DNA of 46,475 nucleotides. It comes from a virus. Its lineage: Duplodnaviria; Caudoviricetes. Under the pieces are notes generated by a model, which saw only the letters and a program-made list of their open reading frames with translations, ran no database searches and had not been told where the DNA came from. A program made the position numbers and the translations under genes. This document shows, in pieces, positions 9,882 to 19,264 of this stretch (the stretch's first letter is position 1; each line of letters opens with the position of its first letter). The stretch spans positions 1-46,475 of IMG/VR virus record IMGVR_UViG_3300049893_001524. One strand, written 5' to 3'.

Positions 9882-10658
9882 CTAATCGGTGTTGTTGTAC
9901 GTGAATTCTGCCGTTGCGACCTCGGTGTACGAAAAGTTCCCGAGGGCGTCCGTAACTTTACACTTGAAGGTGACGCTTTCCGTCTGGTTGTTGCAGTTGT
10001 CAGTGCGTCTGATGATCATCGAGCTCGCATTGACCGGATTCTCGAATGTTCCGGCGTTCTGCGAGACAAACTCCCACGCATAGCTCGGCGTGCCTGCGGC
10101 TCCGCCCGTGTACGTTGCCGACACGGTTGGGCTGAGCAGCGAGCGGGAAGCCCCTGGCGGCGCCGTCACCGATTTCGTTACCAAGGACGGAGACACTCCG
10201 CCGTTGATGCCGGCCGGCCCAGGCGGACCAGGCGGTCCAGTGGGCCCGGTGGGCCCGGGCGGCGACGGCCCCGTGGGTCCAGTTGGTCCCGTTGGCCCGG
10301 TGCGCAGCGGCCCCGATGGGCCCGGCGATCCCGTGGGGCCGGGCGCACCGACTGGAGACGGCCCAGTTGGCCCTGTTGGTCCTGCTGGCCCAGTTGGCCC
10401 CTGCGGACCAGTAGGACCAGTAGGACCAGTTGGCCCATGCGGTGACGGCGCCGGCCCAGGAGACGAACCCTGCGGGCCAGGAGGCCCTGGCGGTCCAGGA
10501 GGTCCCTGAGGTCCCGGTGTTGTATTCGCTGGCCCCGGAGATCCTGTCAGCCCGGGCGGGCCGACAGGAGACGCGCCAACGGGCCCCGTAGGCCCGGGCG
10601 CTCCAGCGGCTCCGGGCGACCCGGGCGGGAACAGGAAGAACTGAGAGAGCACGCTCAC
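9882..10658 (-). CDS. Collagen-like protein with C-terminal Ig-like beta domain (258 aa)
   Basis: GTG start; ~140 aa interrupted Gly-Pro-X; C-terminal domain with [13 protein letters not shown]...FKCKVTDA. Confidence 0.8.
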   Translation of the reverse strand: MSVLSQFFLFPPGSPGAAGAPGPTGPVGASPVGPPGLTGSPGPANTTPGPQGPPGPPGPPGPQGSSPGPAPSPHGPTGPTGPTGPQGPTGPAGPTGPTGPSPVGAPGPTGSPGPSGPLRTGPTGPTGPTGPSPPGPTGPTGPPGPPGPAGINGGVSPSLVTKSVTAPPGASRSLLSPTVSATYTGGAAGTPSYAWEFVSQNAGTFENPVNASSMIIRRTDNCNNQTESVTFKCKVTDALGNFSYTEVATAEFTYNNTD

Positions 10659-10661
10659 GAG

Positions 10662-11129
10662 TTACCCCGGCGGGCCAGCGGGTCCGGCGGGGCCAGTCGG
10701 TCCGGTCGGCCCGGTTGGGCCCGGCGCACCGCTCGGTCCCGTCGGCCCAGTCGGTCCCGTGGGGCCCAGCGGTCCCGGAGGTCCGGGCGGTCCTGCAGGT
10801 CCTGCGGGGCCCGTGGGTCCCGTGGCGCCACTCGGTCCCGTCGGTCCCGTGGTTCCCGTCGCGCCAGTCGGACCCGGAGGTCCTGGCGGACCCGTAGGCC
10901 CAGGCGGTCCGATCGTTCCCGGCGCGCCAGGAGATCCGTTGACTCCCGTCGGTCCCGGCGGCCCAGACGGGCCCAGGGCGCCGGGCGGACCATTGGATCC
11001 CTGCGGGCCCTGCGGACCCGTGGGACCCGTGGGACCCGTGGGACCGGCGGGGCCCGGCGATCCCGGAGATCCTGGCGGGCCACTGGATCCAGTCGGGCCG
11101 ACAACGCGAAGCGTGAGGAAGTTGCTCAT
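10662..11129 (-). CDS. Almost pure collagen-like protein (155 aa)
   Basis: 10-aa leader then 48 uninterrupted Gly-X-Y triplets; no C-terminal domain. Confidence 0.8.
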   Translation of the reverse strand: MSNFLTLRVVGPTGSSGPPGSPGSPGPAGPTGPTGPTGPQGPQGSNGPPGALGPSGPPGPTGVNGSPGAPGTIGPPGPTGPPGPPGPTGATGTTGPTGPSGATGPTGPAGPAGPPGPPGPLGPTGPTGPTGPSGAPGPTGPTGPTGPAGPAGPPG

Positions 11130-11130
11130 G

Positions 11131-11874
11131 TCACGTTCCCTTGACTAGCCGCCACCCCAGGGTGTCGTTGACGAAGGCGAGCTCGAAGCTCGCGTTCCCC
11201 GTGTTCACCGTCATGTCCTCGGCGAGGCCCATGATCAGCTTGCCGTTGCGCGCGATCGTGATGTTGTTCGCCGCGACGTTGCCGCCGGCGTGGCAAATGC
11301 TGATGGGCTGGTCGCTGAGCACGGGCGCCGCGGGCAGCGTGATCGTCACCGCGCCAGCGGTGACGTCGACAAACAGGTCGTCGCCGGGCACGGCGTTGTA
11401 GTTCGTCGTAACGATCTGGAAGCGCCTGATGAATCGCTGCATTTCCTGGAGGTCGATCATGACGGCGAGACGGCCAGCCGAAATATCGGTAGCGATTGAA
11501 CCAGCCGACGTGTGCGATGTCGTCACGATGTAGATCGAGTAGTTCGCGCTCTCCGGTCCGCGCACGACGTCGTTGACGGCATAAAATGCGCTGCTCGTCC
11601 AGTTGCCGCGCCACACGAAGGTGCTGCTGAAAAGATCGGGATTGCCGGCTGCGCTGAAACCCAGCAGCTTGTTCGCGCGCTGCGCAGACGTTGCCGCCAT
11701 CTGAAACGCGGCCTCATTGGGCGTGCCGTCGGTGAAGCGAATCGCGCGATTCATTTCGTTGGCGACGGCGAGAAAACCGCCTTCGACCTCGTTGTGCTTG
11801 GCCTCTACGGCCTCGGCGCGCGCGCTCTGCCCCTGCACCAGTGTCGGCGTGTTGCCATAGAACCGATTAGCCAT
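11131..11874 (-). CDS. Tail fibre adaptor with C-terminal T4 gp9/gp10-like domain
   Basis: [16 protein letters not shown] motif and C-terminal ...TITLPAAP...[17 protein letters not shown]...ASFELAF....GWRLV, recognised as gp9/10-like by eye. Confidence 0.65.
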   Translation of the reverse strand: MANRFYGNTPTLVQGQSARAEAVEAKHNEVEGGFLAVANEMNRAIRFTDGTPNEAAFQMAATSAQRANKLLGFSAAGNPDLFSSTFVWRGNWTSSAFYAVNDVVRGPESANYSIYIVTTSHTSAGSIATDISAGRLAVMIDLQEMQRFIRRFQIVTTNYNAVPGDDLFVDVTAGAVTITLPAAPVLSDQPISICHAGGNVAANNITIARNGKLIMGLAEDMTVNTGNASFELAFVNDTLGWRLVKGT

Positions 11875-14566
11875 ACGTTGTTCCCCTGTTGACGCGTCGC
11901 CGCGACCACTGCAAATTGACGCCGTCGAGCCTGTGCGCGTTTTCCTCCGCCGAAGAATGCGCGAACAGAAAACTCATGTTCAAGCCTTCGCCATTGAGAT
12001 CGACAATCGCGGCGGGCACGAGCGGCGTTCCCCAGTTCGCCTGGTTCCAGTTGAACAGGTTCCAGAAGGCGCCGCCTCCGGCCAGGGCGAGGTCCTTGAT
12101 GGGCTCCTGGCCGGCGCTGGGATCGGCGAACGAGTAGTCGACGCCGATGCGCATCGTCGTCGGCCCCGCGCATGTGATGTTGAACTGCGCGCGCCGGTAG
12201 TGCTTGTTGAGATTCGGCGACCCCGAGAAGTGAAAGGCGAGGCGCGCGAATGCCTCAATGGGCTCGCCGTCGAAGCTCGTGCCGCGCTCCGCCTGGTAGA
12301 CGTAGCCGCTGTCGGCGCCGAAGACGATCATTTCCTTGCCGGCAGCGTCCTCGCCGGAGAACACCGTGCGCACGGCGAGGCCGTAGTCGCACGCCGTCAT
12401 GCCGACGAGCTTCGTGCCGTTGAACGCCACCGATATGAACTGGTTGTCGTCGAAGAACAGCCTGTACCGGCCCTTCTCGCGGACGATGCAGCTCGAGATC
12501 GCCTTCTGCCTGAGCTGTTGCAGCAGGGGTTGAATGAGCTGGCTCAGAGAATTCGATATGTAGTTGCCGAAGCGATCGGTGACGGCGAGGCCGGTAATGC
12601 CGATGTCGTCGAGATAGATGCCCTGCGCGATGCGCTGCACCGTCCACTCGATCGCGCCGGTCTCCGTGGCGAAGTTTTCGAGGATCTCGTTGGGCGGCGA
12701 CCCCGCCAGGTACTTCGTCCGGTTGCGGCCGAAGACGAACAGCGATTGCCCGACTTCCTCGAGGAGGCCGACGATCTCCTCGCCGAGCGCGAGCTCCGCG
12801 GCGCCTGCGGCTACCGTCCACACCGCCGGGTCCCCATTTCCCGACCGCTGTAGTGAGCCGCCCTGAAACGCGAGGTACAGGCGATCGCGGTGCACGGCGA
12901 GGTGCGTGGGCGCGTCCGTCGTCATGCCCGTCTCGATCTGGCAGAAAAATTCCTCGGCTCCGCTCTGGTACTCGAAGGCGTAGTTGACGCCGTCGACGCC
13001 GTACAGCCGCTTCGATTTCGTGTGCCCGTAGAAATTGTGCACGCGGAACTCGTAGTGCCCGTTGGGCGCCAAGGTCTGCGCGGCGTCGGCGCCGTTCGAC
13101 GTCGCCCTCGTCGTACCGGCGACGCGCAGACTCTCGGCGTTGACAAAGGCCCCCGTGACTCCGGTCACGATGAGAAACCCGACGGCATTGTCGCCGGCAA
13201 ACGTGCCGGACTGCACGACGACGCGGCGCACGACTCCAGTTGCGCTCGACGTCAGCCCGGTGACCGTGTTGCCCTCCACGATGCCCGCGGCCAGGCCAGC
13301 CGTAAACCTGAGCTTCCGCGACGCCGGGATCGCCGTCCACCCCGACGTCGTAGCCTTGTGCATGACGGCCGCCGTGCCGCCGACGTTATTGCGGAACGCG
13401 TAGACCACGCCGTCGTAGACGACGACGCCGAGAACGCGTCCCGACCCGGGAACTGCGGTGATGTCAGCCCTGGCGTCTTCGCGCGCGAGCACGCGGTACT
13501 CGGCGTCCAGGGCATCCGTGGCCGCAGCATTGACCGACGCAGAGCCGTTCGCACGCGATTGCGTCACCGCACTGACGTCGAGATCCTCGTTGTCCGCGAA
13601 GGTTCCGGTCACAAGGCCAATGACGTAGTACCCAGTGCCGTTGCCGCGGATCTCGGCGTCGGTGAGCACGAACACCGAGGAGTCCGCGGACGGGCTGAGC
13701 TCGAGCTGCGCGCCGGCGAAAAACAGTTGCTTGCCTATGCCTGCATACGTCACCGCGCCGAGCTCATTGATCAGATTCAGGCGCGCCTGCACGTTGGCGA
13801 TGCCAGCGTCTACAGACGCCGTGATCGCGACGCGTCGCCAGCCGCCGCCGAGATCCGTGAGCTCCTGGCTGATCACAGTGATTCCGCTGCCCGCGACTCC
13901 CGTCGCTATGACGCCGCCCGCCGTCAGGTTGAAGCTCGCCCAGGCGCCGTTCGTGCCGCCCGCGCTGTCCTCGACGGCGATGCGCACGCGCTCAATGGTG
14001 TCGGCACGCACCCACCATGTCGTCCGCCACGTTTGCGTCGCCGCTGATTTCGCGATGATCTGGCGGACCTCGTGGGATGCATTGGCGCCGTCATCTATAA
14101 TCGTGCGCGTCTGCGTGCCCAGCGGGTTCGTCATGGCATCTGTGCTCAGCGACGCGTTCAGCTTCGTCCACGACGCGTTCGTCAGGTCGTTGGAGCGCAG
14201 CGCGCGGTTGATGTGCGTGACCGCCTGGGTCTCGACGACGGCGAGGACATGACCAGTTGCAGCAGAACTCGCGCCTGTCACCGTATCGCTAATCGCTGGA
14301 ACCGCTGTCGCGGCGTCGTAGTTCTGCACCCAGTAGCCGGCGTCCGACGGCGCCGTGCGGCCGTCATAGCGTTCGTAGCCGGAGACGCGCTCATAGCCAC
14401 CGCGAATCGCCGGCTCGTAGTTGCGCGACGCAATGATGTACCCGGGCTTGATGGCGAGCGGTGGGTCTACCTGGTTGAGTCCGCCCTGGAAGGCGAAGAA
14501 ATCGCTGTCCACGACCCGAGACGGCCGCGTGTTACGCGCGCGGCGTCTGGCGAGTACGACGTCCAC
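11867..14566 (-). CDS. Tail nozzle/hub protein (P22 gp10 / T7 gp12-like, 899 aa)
   Basis: N-terminal FQGGLNQVDP...NYEP..RGGYERVSG, beta-propeller-like body, C-terminal K.YRR and FWNLFNWNQANW; follows the adaptor gene. Confidence 0.75.
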   Translation of the reverse strand: MDVVLARRRARNTRPSRVVDSDFFAFQGGLNQVDPPLAIKPGYIIASRNYEPAIRGGYERVSGYERYDGRTAPSDAGYWVQNYDAATAVPAISDTVTGASSAATGHVLAVVETQAVTHINRALRSNDLTNASWTKLNASLSTDAMTNPLGTQTRTIIDDGANASHEVRQIIAKSAATQTWRTTWWVRADTIERVRIAVEDSAGGTNGAWASFNLTAGGVIATGVAGSGITVISQELTDLGGGWRRVAITASVDAGIANVQARLNLINELGAVTYAGIGKQLFFAGAQLELSPSADSSVFVLTDAEIRGNGTGYYVIGLVTGTFADNEDLDVSAVTQSRANGSASVNAAATDALDAEYRVLAREDARADITAVPGSGRVLGVVVYDGVVYAFRNNVGGTAAVMHKATTSGWTAIPASRKLRFTAGLAAGIVEGNTVTGLTSSATGVVRRVVVQSGTFAGDNAVGFLIVTGVTGAFVNAESLRVAGTTRATSNGADAAQTLAPNGHYEFRVHNFYGHTKSKRLYGVDGVNYAFEYQSGAEEFFCQIETGMTTDAPTHLAVHRDRLYLAFQGGSLQRSGNGDPAVWTVAAGAAELALGEEIVGLLEEVGQSLFVFGRNRTKYLAGSPPNEILENFATETGAIEWTVQRIAQGIYLDDIGITGLAVTDRFGNYISNSLSQLIQPLLQQLRQKAISSCIVREKGRYRLFFDDNQFISVAFNGTKLVGMTACDYGLAVRTVFSGEDAAGKEMIVFGADSGYVYQAERGTSFDGEPIEAFARLAFHFSGSPNLNKHYRRAQFNITCAGPTTMRIGVDYSFADPSAGQEPIKDLALAGGGAFWNLFNWNQANWGTPLVPAAIVDLNGEGLNMSFLFAHSSAEENAHRLDGVNLQWSRRRVNRGTTYG

Positions 14567-15277
14567 CTAATCCGCCTCGCCGGGCAGGACCATGGCTGCG
14601 GTGACGTCCTGCGTCGACATGTTGTCGAGCTCGAAGCCGTCGAGCTGATCGGATTGCAGCTTGTCCATAAGGTTGATCATTTCGGCTTCCATGCCGCTGA
14701 TTACCTCGGGCGCGTCTTCCTTGTTGGCGTACTTCACGGCCGCCGTGGCGACGATCAGCCGGTGGTACTCCTCGGGCATGTCCGGCATGTCGTTGTCTGC
14801 GGTGAGCAGCACGGCGCGCCGCCAGAATTCCCCGGTGATCGAGTAGATGGCGTCGACGGGCCGATCGACTATCAGCGTGTTATCAGGCTTGACCGAGAAC
14901 ACCAGCGGTTGCCCGGCGACTGGGACACCAAACCCGTACTGCGCGCGGAACACCGGCCACGGCACGAACTCGAGCTGGATTGGCGAGTTCGTGTACTTGT
15001 TCAGGTAGATCGACGAGCGATCCCACTGCCTGACGCGAACTCCGGACGGCGTGCTCGGCGCCGGCGGCATTTGAATGCCGGCCTGCAGCATTTCATTGTA
15101 CTCAGTCCACAGGAATCGCCAGTTTTTCCACTGGACGTTGATGTCGTTGTTCGCCTGCCGAATCCAGCGACAGGCGTTACCAAGCGCGCCGGTCTGGCCT
15201 ACAACGGTTGTCGGACCACTGCCGCCGGCAATGCCGAGTTCACTGACAAGCTCCTTGCAGAGTTCGAGATACGTCAA
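14567..15277 (-). CDS. Head-tail adaptor / tail tubular protein A (P22 gp4 / T7 gp11-like)
   Basis: MTYLELC start, W..W.FL, P.MPEEYHRLIV motif; position. Confidence 0.8.
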   Translation of the reverse strand: MTYLELCKELVSELGIAGGSGPTTVVGQTGALGNACRWIRQANNDINVQWKNWRFLWTEYNEMLQAGIQMPPAPSTPSGVRVRQWDRSSIYLNKYTNSPIQLEFVPWPVFRAQYGFGVPVAGQPLVFSVKPDNTLIVDRPVDAIYSITGEFWRRAVLLTADNDMPDMPEEYHRLIVATAAVKYANKEDAPEVISGMEAEMINLMDKLQSDQLDGFELDNMSTQDVTAAMVLPGEAD

Positions 15278-15306
15278 GCCAGTGCCCCCGCGAAATCACG
15301 CTGACC

Positions 15307-15666
15307 CTACTGAGTATTGGCCAGCAACCAGTCGATCATCTTCTTCTTCGCCCCGCTGCCGATGACCGGCTCTCCGCCAGCAGCCGCCATCAGCGTCTTC
15401 AACTGCGTCACGCTGAGCTGATTCAGGGTCTGCTCACGCGTGAGGCCGTCGACAACCGGGGCCTCTGCCGGCGCCGCGCTGGTCTCTGCTACAGCCTCCG
15501 GCGCATCCGGAGCCGCGCGTGGTTTCACACCAGGCGGCGGCGTAACACCAGGCGCCGACAGCACGTAGTTGTCCTGGGCGTCGAAATAGTGCCCGCCCTG
15601 GAACGTCACCGCACCGTGGTAGTCACCGCCGACGACTCCGAACGGCTGGTCTCTGTTCAACTTCAT
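15307..15666 (-). CDS. Hypothetical protein with C-terminal SAP/HeH-like helical motif
   Basis: LNQLSVTQLKTLM...G...GAKKKMIDWLL after a Pro/Ala linker. Confidence 0.6.
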   Translation of the reverse strand: MKLNRDQPFGVVGGDYHGAVTFQGGHYFDAQDNYVLSAPGVTPPPGVKPRAAPDAPEAVAETSAAPAEAPVVDGLTREQTLNQLSVTQLKTLMAAAGGEPVIGSGAKKKMIDWLLANTQ

Positions 15667-15675
15667 GGGAATACC

Positions 15676-15939
15676 TCATGTGATTTTCTGCCGCGCGGCC
15701 ACGCCCTCGTCGAGCCCCGGCTTGCGGATCTCCTCGGCTGCCATGTACGGCGCGCGCTGGTTGGTTTCGAGGTAGCTGCACGGCGACGTGTGCGTCGGCC
15801 CCGGCGCCATTCGCTGCGCGCTCGGCCGCGGATCCACGCCGCGAAGCATGGCCTTCGCGCGCTCCTCGTATTCGCTGCTCGCCTCCGACGCCGACTCAAA
15901 GGCGGCGTCGAAGGGGAGTTCAGCCGGCTCCTTTGCCAC
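15676..15939 (-). CDS. Hypothetical protein (87 aa)
   Basis: In operon, GTG start just after the upstream stop. Confidence 0.55.
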   Translation of the reverse strand: MAKEPAELPFDAAFESASEASSEYEERAKAMLRGVDPRPSAQRMAPGPTHTSPCSYLETNQRAPYMAAEEIRKPGLDEGVAARQKIT

Positions 15940-15942
15940 GGC

Positions 15943-16098
15943 CTACTTGATCTTGTGGCCGCCGGGCGCGGATTCAGTCGCCGGAGAACGCGGCTTGCCG
16001 TTCTTCTCGTTCTGCTCCCGCGGCATGTAGTTGCCGATCTTTTCCTTCTTCGACACGCCGGACTCGATGCCGGCAGACTGTTCTGCGTCGCGCTTCAT
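15943..16098 (-). CDS. Small basic hypothetical protein (51 aa; not in the ORF track)
   Basis: GAGGAG RBS then ATG 16098, MKRDAEQSAGIESGVSKKEKIG...GGHKIK-TAG. Confidence 0.65.
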   Translation of the reverse strand: MKRDAEQSAGIESGVSKKEKIGNYMPREQNEKNGKPRSPATESAPGGHKIK

Positions 16099-16131
16099 GA
16101 CGTCAATCTCCTCGTTAGGTTGGGTCGGGAT

Positions 16132-16155
16132 GCCGGGTGCAATCCTACACCCGGC
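16132..16155 (-). other. GC-rich stem-loop downstream of the capsid genes (mRNA stabiliser or processing site)
   Basis: GCCGGGUGUA-GGAU-UGCACCCGGC, 10-bp stem with one G-U on the minus strand; no U-tract. Confidence 0.55.
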
Positions 16156-16162
16156 GCGCCGA

Positions 16163-16567
16163 TTACCACCAGTTGATCATGATGTTTGGAACACCAGTAC
16201 CAGCCGGCGTGCCGCCGGTGGCCGCGACGAACACGACCTCGACCTGCGAAATCGCGTCGACCACCATGTTGATGCTCTTGAACACCGCAACGTCGTAGCC
16301 GACGTTGCGAATGCCATAGGCATCCGTCGCCGCCGCCGTGCCCATGGAGAGCTGCGCGTAGTAGTCATCGTCCGCAGCCCAGCCGAGGCGCACGTACGCC
16401 GGCGTGGTCACCGCGGTGAACAGCACGGACACCTGCACCTGGATGTCGACGATCTTGCCGCGATTCAGCCCTGCCGGGGGCTTGAGAGCCCACGCCGAAC
16501 CCGAACCGCCGAAGGCAAGGCTGCCGAAGCTGTAGCTGCAGACGATGCCGTTATCATAGTGAGACAT
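16163..16567 (-). CDS. Putative capsid decoration/cement protein
   Basis: 134-aa all-beta protein immediately after the MCP; AAGGAG RBS. Confidence 0.6.
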   Translation of the reverse strand: MSHYDNGIVCSYSFGSLAFGGSGSAWALKPPAGLNRGKIVDIQVQVSVLFTAVTTPAYVRLGWAADDDYYAQLSMGTAAATDAYGIRNVGYDVAVFKSINMVVDAISQVEVVFVAATGGTPAGTGVPNIMINWW

Positions 16568-16605
16568 GTTGTGTTACTCCTTGTGGGTGGGGTGGTTGCC
16601 GCGGC

Positions 16606-17607
16606 TCAGGCCGCGGACTCCCACTTGAGGATGCGCAGGTTGACGGCGTCACCATTGGCGCCGTGGACGATGCCAAAGCCGCCGAGGTAGTACCAGGCAA
16701 CGCCGCGCGACCGGCCGTAGTCCGTGGGGATCTTCGCCCGGATCTCCTCGGGGATAACCAGGGCTTCCGCCACGGTGTCCTCGCCGAAGAAGAAAATCCA
16801 GTCGGAGAGCGCGTTGTTCCACGCGTCCGCGGTGCGATACGGGAACACGAACGTCGTCGAGTCCTCGGCGCCGCCCTTGGCCACGTTCGTCTGCTCGACG
16901 AAGCGCATGCCCTCGTAGCGGCCGATTTCGCCGTTCATGATCATGACGAAGCCCTGGTCGACGTACGTGTGCACGGACTCCAGGTCGTTCTTCATCGTGC
17001 GCAGCGTGCTCGGCCAGGCGATCGCGAAGTAGTCATCGCCCTGATACGGAGGAACATTGCGTTCCTTCATGAGGTCGACGATCGGCTTGACGTGATCCTT
17101 GCGGAACGCGACGTTGTTCGTCAGGCCGATGCTGCCGCTCGTCACCGAGGTGACAGCAGTCGTCGACGAGCCCGAAGACGCCTGAACCTTCCACGGCGTC
17201 AGGTCGAACTGCTCGTACGCCTTGGCGTCGAGCGTCTTCTTGGCGTCGTTTTTCAGGACCTTGTGGATGATCTCGGAGATCGGCTGCTTCGACAGGTTGT
17301 CGAGCTTGCCGGTGTATGGCACCGAATTGCCGAGCTCCGTCACCGTCAAGCTCTGCTGCTTGATGGTGAAGTTCGTGGTCGGCATTTCCTGGTCTTCCGC
17401 CAGGGTGTTGCCGCCGGTCGCCACGTCCGAGTACGTGTTCCAGCTATAGAGCTGGCCGCGCCCGAGACCCTTGTCCATGGCGTCCTTGGCATCGCAGAAC
17501 TGCCGAAACTTCACGACGGGCTGCAGAGCCGTGCGCAGCACGTTCGACAGCTCGTCGGAGTACATGAAACCGCCGAGAGAGCTTACGCCCCATAATTGAC
17601 CAGACAT
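16606..17607 (-). CDS. Major capsid protein (HK97 fold, N4-gp56-like)
   Basis: ELGNSVPY, GEIGRYEGMRFVEQT, DYGRSRGVAWYYLGGFG; follows the scaffold; GAGGAGG RBS. Confidence 0.9.
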   Translation of the reverse strand: MSGQLWGVSSLGGFMYSDELSNVLRTALQPVVKFRQFCDAKDAMDKGLGRGQLYSWNTYSDVATGGNTLAEDQEMPTTNFTIKQQSLTVTELGNSVPYTGKLDNLSKQPISEIIHKVLKNDAKKTLDAKAYEQFDLTPWKVQASSGSSTTAVTSVTSGSIGLTNNVAFRKDHVKPIVDLMKERNVPPYQGDDYFAIAWPSTLRTMKNDLESVHTYVDQGFVMIMNGEIGRYEGMRFVEQTNVAKGGAEDSTTFVFPYRTADAWNNALSDWIFFFGEDTVAEALVIPEEIRAKIPTDYGRSRGVAWYYLGGFGIVHGANGDAVNLRILKWESAA

Positions 17608-17640
17608 CGCTTGATCCTCCTCGCGCGACGCCTGCCGACT

Positions 17641-18873
17641 CTATCTCGGGATTGAGTTACTCCCGGATCGCCGCTGCAACGCCGCTACGTAATCCTTGTT
17701 TGTAGGCAATCGCGGACCCTCGGATGGTGGCGCAGGAGCCCGAGCACTTGCGCCGGTCGGAGCGAGAGGAATTCGGCCCTTGAGCTGGCGGCGGCTTTCC
17801 TGGGCGTCGGCTCCCGGTGTCGGGGCCGCGCTCGGCGTCGGCGCCGGAGGCGTTACGTTCTTGAATACCGCTCGAGCCTTGTTTCCGGCGGCGCGAACGA
17901 TGTCGGTGACATTGCGACTCGCGTTGCTCGGATCGCGAAGATTGGCGAGCGCCAATTCCTTCGTGAACTCGAAGGCGGCATCGTTGAGATCGCCGTATTC
18001 ATCGTTGAATACGCGGTTTGCCTCCTCGATTTCCGTCTTGCTACGGCGCACAGGGGGCGGCTGAACCGTCAACTGTGAATCCGCACCATTCGGATCAGCA
18101 CCGCGCCCTGCCGTTTCCGGGGAGGCCGTTGCGTTTCTCCGATTTAGGACAGAAGCCAGAAGCTCTGCAGCCTCTTTCTGCTGTCCTTCGACGAGCATCC
18201 CCAGCGATTTCTCGATGGTGGACTTCACGTCTTCTGGTGCCTGCGCGTCCGTAGCGGATGGCGGAGGACTTGTACGAATCGAGGCGGCGATCGCTCGCAG
18301 CCGCGCTTCTTCTGCTTCTGCCCAGGCCCGGACCCGCGCCTCATGGGTAGCGGACTCCTGGAGTCTGGCATCGGCGGCGGACAACTTCTGCAGTGCCGCC
18401 ACTCCAGCGTTGCGTACGTCGTCTTCACTGACTTCGCGCTCAACGCCGTCGACGACAATCTTAACCATCTTCGCAGCAGATGCAATAGGCGCGTCGCCCT
18501 GCGCATCGCCAGGCGCGCCGGCGGCGTCATCTGCGGCCGCCGCTGCGGCGTCCACGTCTTCCGCGCTGGGCTCGGCGCCGGCGATCGCATCGCCTGCGCG
18601 GGCCTGGCCGGGATCGGAGTCGACGAGCTCCTGGCGCTCGGCGTCGACGATGCCGCTGCGCTTCGCCCACATCGCCGCGCGCGGGTCGGCCTTCGAGAAG
18701 CTCTTTTCGTCGAGCTTGCGGCGCAGATCGGACTCCTGTGCGGCTGCGTCTTCTACGGGCTGCGCGGCTGCGGCCGCTGGCTCCGCCACGACTTCGTCGA
18801 GCTCTACGCCCGGATCAATGGGGGCCTCTGCAGGCGCTGGTGCTTGGGTCGGTTTTGCTTGTTTCTTGGCCAT
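17641..18873 (-). CDS. Capsid scaffolding protein
   Basis: Start re-called to MAKKQ (GAGGAG RBS); acidic Ala-rich N-terminus, VKIVVDGVEREVS motif; between portal and MCP. Confidence 0.8.
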   Translation of the reverse strand: MAKKQAKPTQAPAPAEAPIDPGVELDEVVAEPAAAAAQPVEDAAAQESDLRRKLDEKSFSKADPRAAMWAKRSGIVDAERQELVDSDPGQARAGDAIAGAEPSAEDVDAAAAAADDAAGAPGDAQGDAPIASAAKMVKIVVDGVEREVSEDDVRNAGVAALQKLSAADARLQESATHEARVRAWAEAEEARLRAIAASIRTSPPPSATDAQAPEDVKSTIEKSLGMLVEGQQKEAAELLASVLNRRNATASPETAGRGADPNGADSQLTVQPPPVRRSKTEIEEANRVFNDEYGDLNDAAFEFTKELALANLRDPSNASRNVTDIVRAAGNKARAVFKNVTPPAPTPSAAPTPGADAQESRRQLKGRIPLAPTGASARAPAPPSEGPRLPTNKDYVAALQRRSGSNSIPR

Positions 18874-18889
18874 GGAAATCTCCTCGTGG

Positions 18890-19255
18890 TTAATCTTCGC
18901 CGGTAATCGCCTGCGCGGCATTCTTGCCGGCCTGCAAAGTTTCTTCGATCAGGCCGAGCATGGCGATCGCCACGCGCCCGCGGAAATGCGCGTCCCGGCA
19001 AGCCGCTGACGCCAGATCGGTTTCCGAAAAGATCGTCTTCACCGCTGCGTCCAGGTCATCCTGGGCCTGTTTGAAAATGAACTTGCCGACGGGGTCCTGG
19101 TTGATCCAGGACTCCATGCGCTCGGACATGATGAGGATGTCGACGAGGCCCTCGTTCTCGCCGAGCCGGTTGCGGAGTTCGGCTTCGGCGACGTGTTCTT
19201 CATCGTCGGGAGCCTTCGCGCCGCGAAAGCCGTCGAGCGGATCCTTGTCTGCCAT
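18890..19255 (-). CDS. Small helical protein between portal and scaffold
   Basis: GAGGA RBS, 121 aa; a usual position for such genes in podoviruses. Confidence 0.6.
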   Translation of the reverse strand: MADKDPLDGFRGAKAPDDEEHVAEAELRNRLGENEGLVDILIMSERMESWINQDPVGKFIFKQAQDDLDAAVKTIFSETDLASAACRDAHFRGRVAIAMLGLIEETLQAGKNAAQAITGED

Positions 19256-19264
19256 CGGTCCTCG

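Noticed and set aside
10662-10664. Stop-codon reassignment (alternative genetic code) to explain the in-frame TAA
   Set aside because: TAA, TAG and TGA all end well-defined genes elsewhere and coding density is high under the standard code.
7718-11148. Plus-strand ORFs that also read as Gly-Pro repeats (GPVGPGGP...)
   Set aside because: The reverse complement of GGN-CCN codons again gives Gly/Pro, so these are shadows of the minus-strand collagen genes.
16599-16616. Hairpin CCGCGGC-N4-GCCGCGG at the MCP stop as an intrinsic terminator
   Set aside because: No U-tract follows, and short GC stems are common at this base composition.
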